64,000 nucleotides of DNA from positions 160,001 to 224,000 of the forward strand of contig CAVTBU010000007.1 of assembly GCA_963733035.1 (NCBI GenBank), read 5' to 3'. Shown piece after piece: positions 28,363 to 36,912 of this stretch. The position numbers and the translations under genes are program-made. The stretch is from Pirellulales bacterium. Lineage in GTDB: Bacteria > Planctomycetota > Planctomycetia > Pirellulales > PALSA-1355. The notes under the pieces were generated by a model. The model was not told where the DNA came from. It saw only the letters and a list, made by a program, of their open reading frames with translations, and did no database searches. The first letter of the stretch is position 1, and each line of letters begins with the position of its first letter.

Positions 28363-29532
28363 TCAGGACAAAGGGGTCAGTGGGCGCTCGCTGGCAGCAC
28401 GAATCACTTCGCAGGCAGCGGCTGCCGCCCCGCCCAGCGTCACGGCCTGCCCCATTTCATCGAGCACGAGCTCGATCGCGGCCAAGGTGGCGATGATATC
28501 TAATTCGTCGAGCAGGCCAAAATGTGCCAGTCGAAAGATCTTCCCTTTGAGCTCCAGCTGACCGCTCGCCAGCTTGACTCCAAACCGAGTTTCGAGCCGC
28601 CGGAGCAACTCGCCGGCATCAACTCCGGCGGGAACGCGCACCGCGGTCATGCCGGCGGCTGGTCGCTTTGCGAAGATTTCCAGGTGCATGGCCTGCATAC
28701 CCGCGATCGTCATGCGACTGAGCAATTCGCAGCGCTGCCAGACGGCTTCGATGCCCTCGGCGCGGATCGATTTGAGCGACTCGGCCAAGCCAGCCACCAA
28801 CGTGTGGGCCGGCGTCCAGGGCGTATCGGGGGACGCGCCGTGCAGCTTTGCGCGGTGCCATTTCAGGTCGAAATAGAACGCCTGCGGTTCGACGCCTTCC
28901 ATCTGCGTCCATGCGGCCGGGCTGACCGCCAGCATTGCCAGGCCCGGTGGAATCATCAGAGCCTTTTGCGAACCGACCACCAGAACGTCGATCTTCCAGG
29001 CGTCCGTCAGGCAGCGCATTGCGCCGGTGCCGCTAATGCCGTCAACGACCCACAGGGCATTTGTCGGAGCAACGACCCGGCCGATCGCCTCGACGTCGTG
29101 CCCCACGCCCGTACTGCTTTCCATGAGCGTGCCAAACACGGCCACGGTGTCCGGGTGCTTGGCCAAGGCTTCGGCAACCGTCTCCGGATCGATTGCCTCT
29201 CCCCACGGGACGGCGACCCGCACGACCTTGATTCCATAGCGGGCACAAATATCGGCCCAGCGTCGAGAGAATACACCCGACTCAAGCACAATCGCCTTGC
29301 TGCCGCGTGGCGCCAGGTTTACGACGGCCGCTTCCATGCCGCCGGTGCCAGAACTAGCCAGCACGACCACGTCGTGCGTCGTTTGAAAGACCTCCTGCAG
29401 GCCGGACAAGACTTCGGCAAACAGTGCACGAAATTCGGGCGTACGGTGGTGAATTACCTCGCGTGACATCGCCTGCCGGGCCGCTTCGGGCACCTGCGTT
29501 GGTCCGGGAGTCATGAGGCGTTTGCGAGGCAT
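28363..29532 (-). CDS. Class V PLP aminotransferase (serine/alanine-glyoxylate family), probably supplying the SerC step
   Basis: LMTPGPT, SSGTGGMEA, VDGIS, GSQKALMIPPGL; directly upstream of serA. Confidence 0.9.
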   Translation of the reverse strand: MPRKRLMTPGPTQVPEAARQAMSREVIHHRTPEFRALFAEVLSGLQEVFQTTHDVVVLASSGTGGMEAAVVNLAPRGSKAIVLESGVFSRRWADICARYGIKVVRVAVPWGEAIDPETVAEALAKHPDTVAVFGTLMESSTGVGHDVEAIGRVVAPTNALWVVDGISGTGAMRCLTDAWKIDVLVVGSQKALMIPPGLAMLAVSPAAWTQMEGVEPQAFYFDLKWHRAKLHGASPDTPWTPAHTLVAGLAESLKSIRAEGIEAVWQRCELLSRMTIAGMQAMHLEIFAKRPAAGMTAVRVPAGVDAGELLRRLETRFGVKLASGQLELKGKIFRLAHFGLLDELDIIATLAAIELVLDEMGQAVTLGGAAAAACEVIRAASERPLTPLS

Positions 29533-29776
29533 GCAAGGAAGGCATTAAGCTAGGGTTGCGTTGAGGGGAAAGCGAGCCATTGTAGAACCCCATCGCGGGT
29601 TTGACCATCGGCTCGGACACCCGTCGAATAGCGGGGGTTCGCCCCGGCGAGTCGCGCCCTGAAGCACGCTGGGCGCGACAATTCCGCCCAGTTGGCGGTC
29701 GATCGCGGACGCGTTTGGCACGCCCGCCATAAAAAATTGAGGGAGTCATGCCCGCGGACGACGGGCTATGAGCAAT

Positions 29777-29791
29777 TGGCACGGCAAATGC
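29777..29791 (+). promoter_or_regulatory. Sigma54 -24/-12 promoter
   Basis: TGGCACGGCAAATGC (GG-N10-GC), about 78 nt upstream of ATG 29869. Confidence 0.65.
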
Positions 29792-29868
29792 CACCTGTTT
29801 CAAGTGTTACGGTTTTGGTTTTTAGAAAATGCATTCGGTAACTCCAGCACGGAGCGAAGGGTAAAGCC

Positions 29869-30891
29869 ATGACAATCGATCTCACCACCAACTACCTTGG
29901 TCTGAAACTTGCGAACCCAGTGGTCGTGTCGGCCTGCCCGCTCACCGGTGAATTGGACGTGCTGAAGCGTCTTGAGGAGCACGGCGCGGCGGCGGCGGTG
30001 CTGCCGTCGTTGTTCGAGGAACAGCTCGAAGAACATATTCTGCCGCCGGGTGGCGGCGGCCGGGCTGCAGCGGCGCTGATGGAAAGCGCCTCGTACTTTC
30101 ATGAGTTGAAGGAATACAATCGCGGCCCCGAGGCATATCTGAAACACGTAACCGCCGCGAAGCAGGCGTTGTCGATGCCAATTATCGGCAGCATGAATGT
30201 TATCGCAGTGGGTGACTGGGTCCGCTATGCCAAGCGGATCGAAGATGCCGGCGCCGACGCGCTGGAACTAAACGTGTACTTTCTGGTGACCGATTTTGAC
30301 ACCACCAGCCGCGAGGTCGAGGCCCGCTATGTGGAACTCGTGACTGCGGTGCGGAACGAAATCTCGATTCCGCTGGCGGTGAAGCTATCCCCGCAGTTTA
30401 CGGCCTTGCCCAACCTAGCGCGACGGCTTGCCGAGGCCGGCGCTGACGGCCTGGTGTTGTTCAATCGCTTCCTGCAGCCCGACATCGATCTGGACGCGAT
30501 GCGTGTGGTGCCTCGATTGACGCTGAGCACCTCGGAGGAAATGCGCAACACGCTCCGCTGGATGGCCCTGTTGCATGGGAGGCTGAATGCATCGCTCGCC
30601 GCCACGACGGACGCGCACTTCGCCGACGATGTGGTCCGCTTGTTGTTAGCCGGAGCGGACGTGGTGATGGTTGCATCAACGCTCTATCGCCATGGCGTCG
30701 ATATCTTGCAGAACCTGGTCGAAGGACTCACCTATTGGCTCGAAACGCGCGAGTTCCATTCGGTCGAACAGATTCGCGGCATGCTCAGCCAGCGGCGTTG
30801 TCCCGATCCGGCCGCGTTTGCGCGGGCGAACTACACAAAGGCGATCTCGTCGTTTGCCACCGGCGAGGATACCGGCGCCATGGCGCCGTAA
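29869..30891 (+). CDS. Dihydroorotate dehydrogenase-like FMN protein (DHOD_like family)
   Basis: DLTTNYLGLKLANP, VLPSLFEEQ, ADALELNVY, AVKLSP, GLVLFNRF. Confidence 0.88.
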   Translation: MTIDLTTNYLGLKLANPVVVSACPLTGELDVLKRLEEHGAAAAVLPSLFEEQLEEHILPPGGGGRAAAALMESASYFHELKEYNRGPEAYLKHVTAAKQALSMPIIGSMNVIAVGDWVRYAKRIEDAGADALELNVYFLVTDFDTTSREVEARYVELVTAVRNEISIPLAVKLSPQFTALPNLARRLAEAGADGLVLFNRFLQPDIDLDAMRVVPRLTLSTSEEMRNTLRWMALLHGRLNASLAATTDAHFADDVVRLLLAGADVVMVASTLYRHGVDILQNLVEGLTYWLETREFHSVEQIRGMLSQRRCPDPAAFARANYTKAISSFATGEDTGAMAP

Positions 30892-30929
30892 TGCGCACTG
30901 CATTGCCACTGGCCGGTTGGGAGAAGCGC

Positions 30930-31679
30930 CTAGCGCACCGGCGCGGTTTGCGTGGTGGGCGTCGTCACGACGCGAGTGCCACCGGGTGGTGTCGCGGGCA
31001 CGCCGAGCGACATCTGTGGCATGCTGAGGGCCGCGACCCGCGAGGCCAGCTGTGGCTGATTGGGATCGAGTTGCAATGAGCGCTGGTAGTTGGCCAAAGC
31101 TTGTTGCGTTTCGCCGCCGTCTTCGCGAAGTTTGCCTAGTGCCGCCAGGGCGCGGGAATTGGTCGGTTCCACGGTCACCGCATCGATCAATTGGTGCTTG
31201 GCCGCGTCTTTGTTCCCGGCTTCTTCATACAGACGGGCCAATTCCACCTTGGGTGCCGCGATCGACGGATTGCGAGCCGCCCAGCCTTCCATCAGTCGGA
31301 AAGCATCGGCCGAGCGGCCTCGCTCGTTGAGGAGCACGGCGAGTGCTCGGTAGCAATCGGTACGGTTTTGGTCGCGGTCGAGACACAGGTTGTAGTTGCG
31401 TTCGGCCTGGTCGAAGTCCGCCGGCTGATTGTGCAGCTTGCCAAGTTGGTGATACGTGCGAGCAAGATTGTAGTATCCGTCCGGATTGTTGGGGTCCGTT
31501 TGGATGGCCTGCAAAAACCGCTGTTGGGCCCCTTGGTAGTAAGCCTGGTCGAACATCCGCACGCCTTCGGCGTTCTGCGAGTTCGATACCATCGAGCAAC
31601 CGCATGCCGCGGCAAAGATGGCGCAGCAGCAAAGCATGCGGGGCAGGGCACGGCGGTTTTGACGAACTGCGTCAGTCAC
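30930..31679 (-). CDS. TPR-repeat lipoprotein
   Basis: Lipobox AACGC, multiple TPR helix pairs, Pro/Thr-rich tail. Confidence 0.85.
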   Translation of the reverse strand: MTDAVRQNRRALPRMLCCCAIFAAACGCSMVSNSQNAEGVRMFDQAYYQGAQQRFLQAIQTDPNNPDGYYNLARTYHQLGKLHNQPADFDQAERNYNLCLDRDQNRTDCYRALAVLLNERGRSADAFRLMEGWAARNPSIAAPKVELARLYEEAGNKDAAKHQLIDAVTVEPTNSRALAALGKLREDGGETQQALANYQRSLQLDPNQPQLASRVAALSMPQMSLGVPATPPGGTRVVTTPTTQTAPVR

Positions 31680-31886
31680 GGCTGCGAGCGAGCCTCGAAG
31701 GGAATTCGACCCGGCCGTTCCAGATTCTCAAGGCCGGAAAAATGCGAAGCGCGGCGGACGATACCGACCCCCGACGCCAGCCGCAAGGCCAGTTTTTCCG
31801 CCGGGCAACAAAAAATCGGGCCGCGCGCCGCCTCATGGCTGCGCGCGGCCCTAATTCTTATTGAACGGGCGATTCGAATCGGCCAG

Positions 31887-32264
31887 CTAGCACTCCGCGG
31901 CATGGCACTTTGCCATCGGGCTGACGCCGCCCCCGGCCGGTCGGCCGTTCTTCTTTTCATAACCCAAGGCGAGGAGCACTTCGAGCACTTCGCTGCACGT
32001 TGGGAACATTCGCCCGCTGGCCCGCTTATATTGGTCCAGGGCATGCATGAACTCGATTTCCGCGTCCGTGTAATCCCGTTCACAGGTTGTCGGATCGATC
32101 TGACGTCGCCGATTCACTTTCTCGCGGCGTTCGCCAACGCGGCGTTCCTTGGCAACCGCCACAGCCTGCGCCTTGCGGCGGTCGGCCGTACGTCGTTCGC
32201 CTCCCTTGCGGTTATCGATCGTGGCGACAGCGGAAACACGTTTCTTTGTGGTCGTCTTGGCCAA
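31887..32264 (-). CDS. Small Arg-rich protein with tandem (D/E)RR motifs and a conserved C-terminal helical domain (paralog A)
   Basis: GGAGG RBS + [63 protein letters not shown]. Confidence 0.8.
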   Translation of the reverse strand: MAKTTTKKRVSAVATIDNRKGGERRTADRRKAQAVAVAKERRVGERREKVNRRRQIDPTTCERDYTDAEIEFMHALDQYKRASGRMFPTCSEVLEVLLALGYEKKNGRPAGGGVSPMAKCHAAEC

Positions 32265-32586
32265 GGCAAAACCCTCCGGGTTCGGTAGTCTGGTGAATCT
32301 TTGCCGATCCGATAAGAAAGGCAATCGGCATGCGGCAAGAAAAGAGTTCACGGCTACAGAAAAATGAAGGGATGTACCGGTTGTAGCGGTTAGCCAAGGA
32401 TTGCCATCTTGCGGGTGAAAATGATGGCGTGCAGCGTCGGGCTGCGGGCGCGAAGACGCGGCCGGTCGCCCAGTCGGCGTTTTGCCGTGCCGACGGTATC
32501 GTCCGTGTTAGCCGACAGGCCGCAGCCTTGGCAGAAGTGAATGCCTGTGGAGATCGCTGCCAGCGGAAGATCTGGCCCGCGCTATT

Positions 32587-33287
32587 TTACGACGCGTGGG
32601 GTTGGGACTGTGCTGTAAACGTGATCGGCAAGGCTTTGAGCAACAGGTTCAACGTCTCGTTTACAGACTCTCGAACAGGGCGCAACCCTTCGCTAACTTG
32701 CAGCGGCCAGAGCCCCGTCCCATCCAATGTAGGCGGTCCGGGCGGGCGAACTCCCCGCGGACCAGCCACACCAGGCATTCTTAAAACCACCGAGGCCAGG
32801 CCTTGCCCGGTTTCCTTGGCCAACTCCTCATAACGGTCCGCGTTTTGGTCCAAATCGTTCATCGTCAGCAATAAAGGACCGACGACGGGAATGTCGTCCA
32901 GCTTGGTCCACTGGACCGGCAGTTCGGGCGCGTTAACGGCGGGGGCGGGGCCCTGGGCCAGCTCCTGGGCCTGATGACCGCCTCGCGTGAGGAATACTGC
33001 CACCAGAACTGCCGCCGCGGTACTGAACGCCGCACCGGCAAATGCCAACCGTCGACGTGAGACGAGCGGTTTGATTTGGATTTCGTCAAGCACACGAGCT
33101 GCGAGATCGACCGGCGTCTGGGCGCGGCTAGCGCGAAAAAACCCTCGAACAACACGCCGTAGGCGGCTGCCAACTCGCGACATCCTCGGCAACGCTCTCC
33201 GTGACGTCGCAACTGTTCGTCCCACTCAGGACGCCGGCGCTCATCGAGGATTTCGTTCAGATGGGCTTCAAACTCTTCGCACTTCAT
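32587..33287 (-). CDS. Zinc-finger (HxxxCxxC) transmembrane anti-sigma factor, frameshifted at the A-run 33136-33141
   Basis: MKCEEF...RHGERCRGCRE; continues in the next frame as TPVDLAARVLDEI followed by a TM segment; overlaps the sigma factor stop. Confidence 0.8.
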
Positions 33288-33834
33288 TCCGCAACTCCTG
33301 TACGACTCCGCGTTGTGCTAATCGCGCGATCAACTCACGCCGCGCACGGTGTACCCAGGTCTTCACCGTTCCCAGCGGGCAATTCATCGCCTCACTGATT
33401 TCCGCGTAACTTAGTTCGTGTTGATGAAACAGCAGAAACGCCTGCCGGTACTCGACTCGTAGGGTTCCCAGCGCCAATTCCACTTCCTCGGCCAAATTCT
33501 TGGCTTCCGCCTGTTCAATCGCATTGTCACTTAACTGCTCAACCAGCGAACTGGTAGGCGGTTGCCGCATCCGTGACGACAATAATGTCCGGCAACGGTT
33601 TCCCGCGATTGCCATTAGCCACGGCAAAAACTCACGCTCCGGATCCCAGCGGTGCAGGCTGCGCAAAGCCCGCACAAACGTCTCTTGAGCCACATCCTCG
33701 GCGTCTTGACGATGCCGCAACATCCGGAAGCAAAGACCGAACACCTGACCGCGGTAGTAGTCGACCAGTTTCAGCATTGCCGCTTGGTCGCCGCGCAGGC
33801 TACGATCCACCAACTCACGTACGTCGTCCGACAA
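33268..33834 (-). CDS. ECF RNA polymerase sigma factor (SigW/RpoE-like)
   Basis: DAEDVAQETFVRA, FLPWLMAIAGN, SYAEISEAMNCPLGTVKTWVHRAR. Confidence 0.95.
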   Translation of the reverse strand: MSDDVRELVDRSLRGDQAAMLKLVDYYRGQVFGLCFRMLRHRQDAEDVAQETFVRALRSLHRWDPEREFLPWLMAIAGNRCRTLLSSRMRQPPTSSLVEQLSDNAIEQAEAKNLAEEVELALGTLRVEYRQAFLLFHQHELSYAEISEAMNCPLGTVKTWVHRARRELIARLAQRGVVQELRNEVRRV

Positions 33835-34038
33835 ACCGCTTCCTCTGGCTAGTGTTGGCGGTCAAAGGTGAATACCACGCCGACGGGGCCCAGGTTTCAG
33901 ACCCCGGGGTATCAGAAAGCGCTTCTGGCCGGCTATTTTACGGCAAACCGATCGGAAACGCTACAAAATCCACCCGGCGACGTGCCAGAATGCACTGCGG
34001 GCACGGGAATCGTCAGCAAGATACGTGAAGAATTGGCC

Positions 34039-34281
34039 CTAGCGGCGGACCGATTCGCAGATGTCGCGAAGTTCGCCCACCGACACGTCCTCGAGCCGCC
34101 GACCACGTTTATCCAGCTGTTCGTTGATCTTTGTGGCAGTTTCTTGCATGACTTCATGCGTTTCGCAGGATCCGCCGCACAGCACAAAGTTTTTGCCTCG
34201 CGTCAGGCGCGTCTGCCCGTCTTCGGCATCAAACGCCATTCCCACTAGCGTTGCTTTTGGTTTCTTTCCGGCAGCCCGCAT
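34039..34281 (-). CDS. Conserved-looking small hypothetical protein (80 aa)
   Basis: Globular pattern LVGMAFDAEDGQTRLTRGKNFVLCGGSCETHEVMQE. Confidence 0.7.
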   Translation of the reverse strand: MRAAGKKPKATLVGMAFDAEDGQTRLTRGKNFVLCGGSCETHEVMQETATKINEQLDKRGRRLEDVSVGELRDICESVRR

Positions 34282-34475
34282 CAGCTAGTCTCGCCTTAGA
34301 CGGATCGAAAAATCTTTGAACTTCGCCACATCATCCAGCTTACCAAGTATAAGGTGGCCGAATTTCAAGGGTCAAGGGCACCGTAAGCCCGCTTCCCCTT
34401 AAGGATTATCGGCCATCGAGGTGCCGTCAACCAGCGGCAAAACGCGGCGCGAGGATCGCGGGAGACGACCTGGCG

Positions 34476-34521
34476 AAAAAAAAAGGGTCCGGCTGGCACC
34501 CATCCTGCCAGCCGGACCCTT
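34476..34521 (-). terminator. Strong intrinsic terminator
   Basis: Minus strand AAGGGTCCGGCTGGCA-GGATGGG-TGCCAGCCGGACCCTT followed by a T-run. Confidence 0.9.
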
Positions 34522-34686
34522 CAACCGTGAAAAACTGGTGCGTCCCGAGGTGGGAAATCGTCGCCATACCCGGGCGACAACCGCTAAGGTTCACGGCTCG
34601 TCAATTTTCGTCAAACATGTCTTTGGCCCGCCAGGCGCGATGGATTTCAAGCGACCTCGCGGGCCAAACTGGGTCGAACATGTATG
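34476..34686 (-). ncRNA. Candidate sigma54-dependent sRNA (~210 nt)
   Basis: GG-N10-GC motif upstream, two structured domains and a terminator; no credible ORF. Confidence 0.45.
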
Positions 34687-34697
34687 CCACCTGAAAA

Positions 34698-34713
34698 AGC
34701 ACGCGGCGTGCCG
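34698..34713 (-). promoter_or_regulatory. Sigma54-like promoter CGGCACGCCGCGTGCT
   Basis: GGCACG-N4-GTGCT with GG-N10-GC spacing. Confidence 0.5.
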
Positions 34714-34860
34714 AAGCGGCCCGTGCCGCAGCCAAGTTTCGCCGATGCCGCAGCAACTTGCTTCTAATTCACAGCTTACCGCCCAAATAAATTCAAGAAT
34801 TCGAGTAAGGCCGAACACGGGTCATTGTAAAAATTGCACCGGTGCCCGGGAACGAGCGAT

Positions 34861-35298
34861 CTAGGTGGTCGGTGAATCGGAGAGCAGGCTGGTCGTGATG
34901 GCACGAAAGACAGGCCCAGCCGTTTCCATTTCGCGATCCTCGGCCTGACATAGCACCAGGCAGGTCACACCCGGCAGGCAAACGCCGCGAATCAGGGCCG
35001 TGTTGGTCAAATCGAGATAGAAGAAGTACACGTTATAGCCCTTGAGCGAGTACTCGCCAACTTCGTCTGCGGCGGGTTCCGCCTCGGCCCCCTCGTATTC
35101 AGTCTTCAACGACTGCATTGCCTCGATTGTGAGGGCATTGAGGTCAACCTGCGGCTCATAGAGCGCGATCGACCAGAACGCACCACCGGGGCTATAGACC
35201 GTCACCGACCGATTGCCCGCAATCGCATCCTGCTCGTCCAGCACCCAGTTGTCGGGATACATGAACCGTATCCCCATCTTGTCATAAACAGCAGGCAT
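34861..35298 (-). CDS. Hypothetical protein, PsbP/DcrB-like fold
   Basis: YDKMGIRFMYPDNW at the N-terminus and a C-terminal FRAITTSL helix. Confidence 0.7.
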   Translation of the reverse strand: MPAVYDKMGIRFMYPDNWVLDEQDAIAGNRSVTVYSPGGAFWSIALYEPQVDLNALTIEAMQSLKTEYEGAEAEPAADEVGEYSLKGYNVYFFYLDLTNTALIRGVCLPGVTCLVLCQAEDREMETAGPVFRAITTSLLSDSPTT

Positions 35299-35506
35299 TG
35301 CGGTATTCGTGGCAGAAGGTTCGGGAATGGAACGCTAGCAGTATTCTAAGAAAGCGAGCGCGATCGAGCCAGAACCGCCGGAGTGTACGGCGCAGAGTGC
35401 CGTCATCTTGCCCCTTGCATGTCATTTTGCTACCGTTCCGAACCGCGCAACCGTCGAGCAGCAACTGCGGCGACCGACGAACCGCCGTTCTCATTTCTGT
35501 CTCGTT

Positions 35507-36403
35507 ATGACTCGCTCTCACCGCAGCACGCATTCCACTTTTGGCTGGATCGTCGTATGCGCATTCCTGGCGAGTTGTCGCTCACTCGACAAATCCCCCG
35601 TTTCGCAGTCGGTCGTGCACGGTCGCCAACTGACGCAACAGGGGGTCAATGCGATGGAGCGAGGTGACTGGCGGCGCGCAGAGTCCCTGCTCGAGAGGGC
35701 CGTGGTGACCAGCACTGCCGATGCCGACGCGCGCCGCAATTACGCTGAAACGCTCTGGCATCGTGGTGCCAGACAGGAAGCCCTCGAGCAACTTGAAGAG
35801 GCTCGCAAATTGGTCGGGTGTGACCCAGGCCTAACGATCCGAACCGGTGAAGCGTATTTGGAACTCGGCCAGGTGAACCTTGCCACTCAGATGGTCGACG
35901 AAGCCTTGCGCGTGGATCCGAAATACGCACCTGGTTGGTCCTTGCGTGGACGTGTAGCCCGCGCGACGGGACATCCTCGGGAGGCTCTGGTCGACTTCCA
36001 ACGTTCGCTCGGCTACGCCCCAGGCGACGAAAATGTGACCCTCTTGATTGCCGAAACCTATCGGCAGTTGAATCAGCCGGAACAGGCTCTGGTGGCGCTA
36101 CAGACTTTGGTCGACCGCTATCCGCCCGGCGAAGCGCCCCAACAAGTCCTGCATTTTGAGGGACTCGCGTTTGCGGCCCTGGGACGCCATGATGCCGCGG
36201 CCCGAATCCTGTCACAGGCCACGCAAAGACAGCGTCCAACGGCCGATTTATTATGCGATCTGGCCCAGGCCGAACTGTCCGCTGGTCATCTTCCGAGAGC
36301 ACAGTACGCCTTGCAGCAAGCGCTAACGCTGGACCCAAATCACGCCGGCAGTCAAGCACTGTCGGCGCGCATCGCCACGGCCGGAAAACCAATTGTGCGA
36401 TGA
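35507..36403 (+). CDS. TPR-repeat lipoprotein
   Basis: Lipobox FLASC and about 7 TPR units. Confidence 0.85.
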   Translation: MTRSHRSTHSTFGWIVVCAFLASCRSLDKSPVSQSVVHGRQLTQQGVNAMERGDWRRAESLLERAVVTSTADADARRNYAETLWHRGARQEALEQLEEARKLVGCDPGLTIRTGEAYLELGQVNLATQMVDEALRVDPKYAPGWSLRGRVARATGHPREALVDFQRSLGYAPGDENVTLLIAETYRQLNQPEQALVALQTLVDRYPPGEAPQQVLHFEGLAFAALGRHDAAARILSQATQRQRPTADLLCDLAQAELSAGHLPRAQYALQQALTLDPNHAGSQALSARIATAGKPIVR

Positions 36404-36630
36404 CGGGCCGTTCTCGGTCTGTTGCAATCGCTACGACCGGCCTCTGGCGCGGTTTGAATCCCGCGAGCCGGCCAATACCCCCCGAAACATTTGTCCTCGC
36501 AAACTTCGCGACCTAGGGTTTCTGTGTTCACTTTCGATGGGTGGCGGTGTGCGCTGCCCACAACGATCACGCCCGCCGCCGACCCTGCCTGCCCGTCGGC
36601 GATCCGAAAGTCCTACAAAAGGAACCCCGC

Positions 36631-36864
36631 ATGCCGACCGTAAGTCCGCCCGATGCGCCGTTTGTCGATCGCCGCAGTTACGACCCAGGCGTAGGATCGC
36701 CTGCCCGCGAGCGGCGTCAATTCGCCAACAGCCATGACGAGCTCTCGCCGGAAGCCCGCGAGTTGGCGCAGGCCATCGATCAATACAAGCTTGCGCATCG
36801 CCGCCGTTTCATCACCTACGAGGAGATGCTCGGCGTGGTGAAATCGCTTGGGTATCACAAATAA
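36631..36864 (+). CDS. Small protein with DRR/ERR motifs and the same C-terminal domain as 31887-32264 (paralog B)
   Basis: AAGGA RBS; FVDRR...RERRQF; ELAQAIDQYKLAHRRRFITYEEMLGVVKSLGYHK. Confidence 0.85.
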   Translation: MPTVSPPDAPFVDRRSYDPGVGSPARERRQFANSHDELSPEARELAQAIDQYKLAHRRRFITYEEMLGVVKSLGYHK

Positions 36865-36912
36865 CGGGGGAAGCTGACGGCCATGGCGCGCCGTCGGCGA
36901 CCTTGCTGCCTG

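Noticed and set aside
29716..29732. Second TGGCACG upstream of the DHODH-like gene as a sigma54 promoter
   Set aside because: No GC at the -12 position.
33875..33905. Autoregulatory ECF promoter (TGAAAC...CGT) upstream of the sigma gene
   Set aside because: The spacer is 14 nt, shorter than the usual ~16.
34524..34597. Purine, ZTP or c-di-GMP riboswitch
   Set aside because: The multi-stem layout is reminiscent, but I could not match the conserved junction nucleotides; kept only as an unknown RNA candidate.
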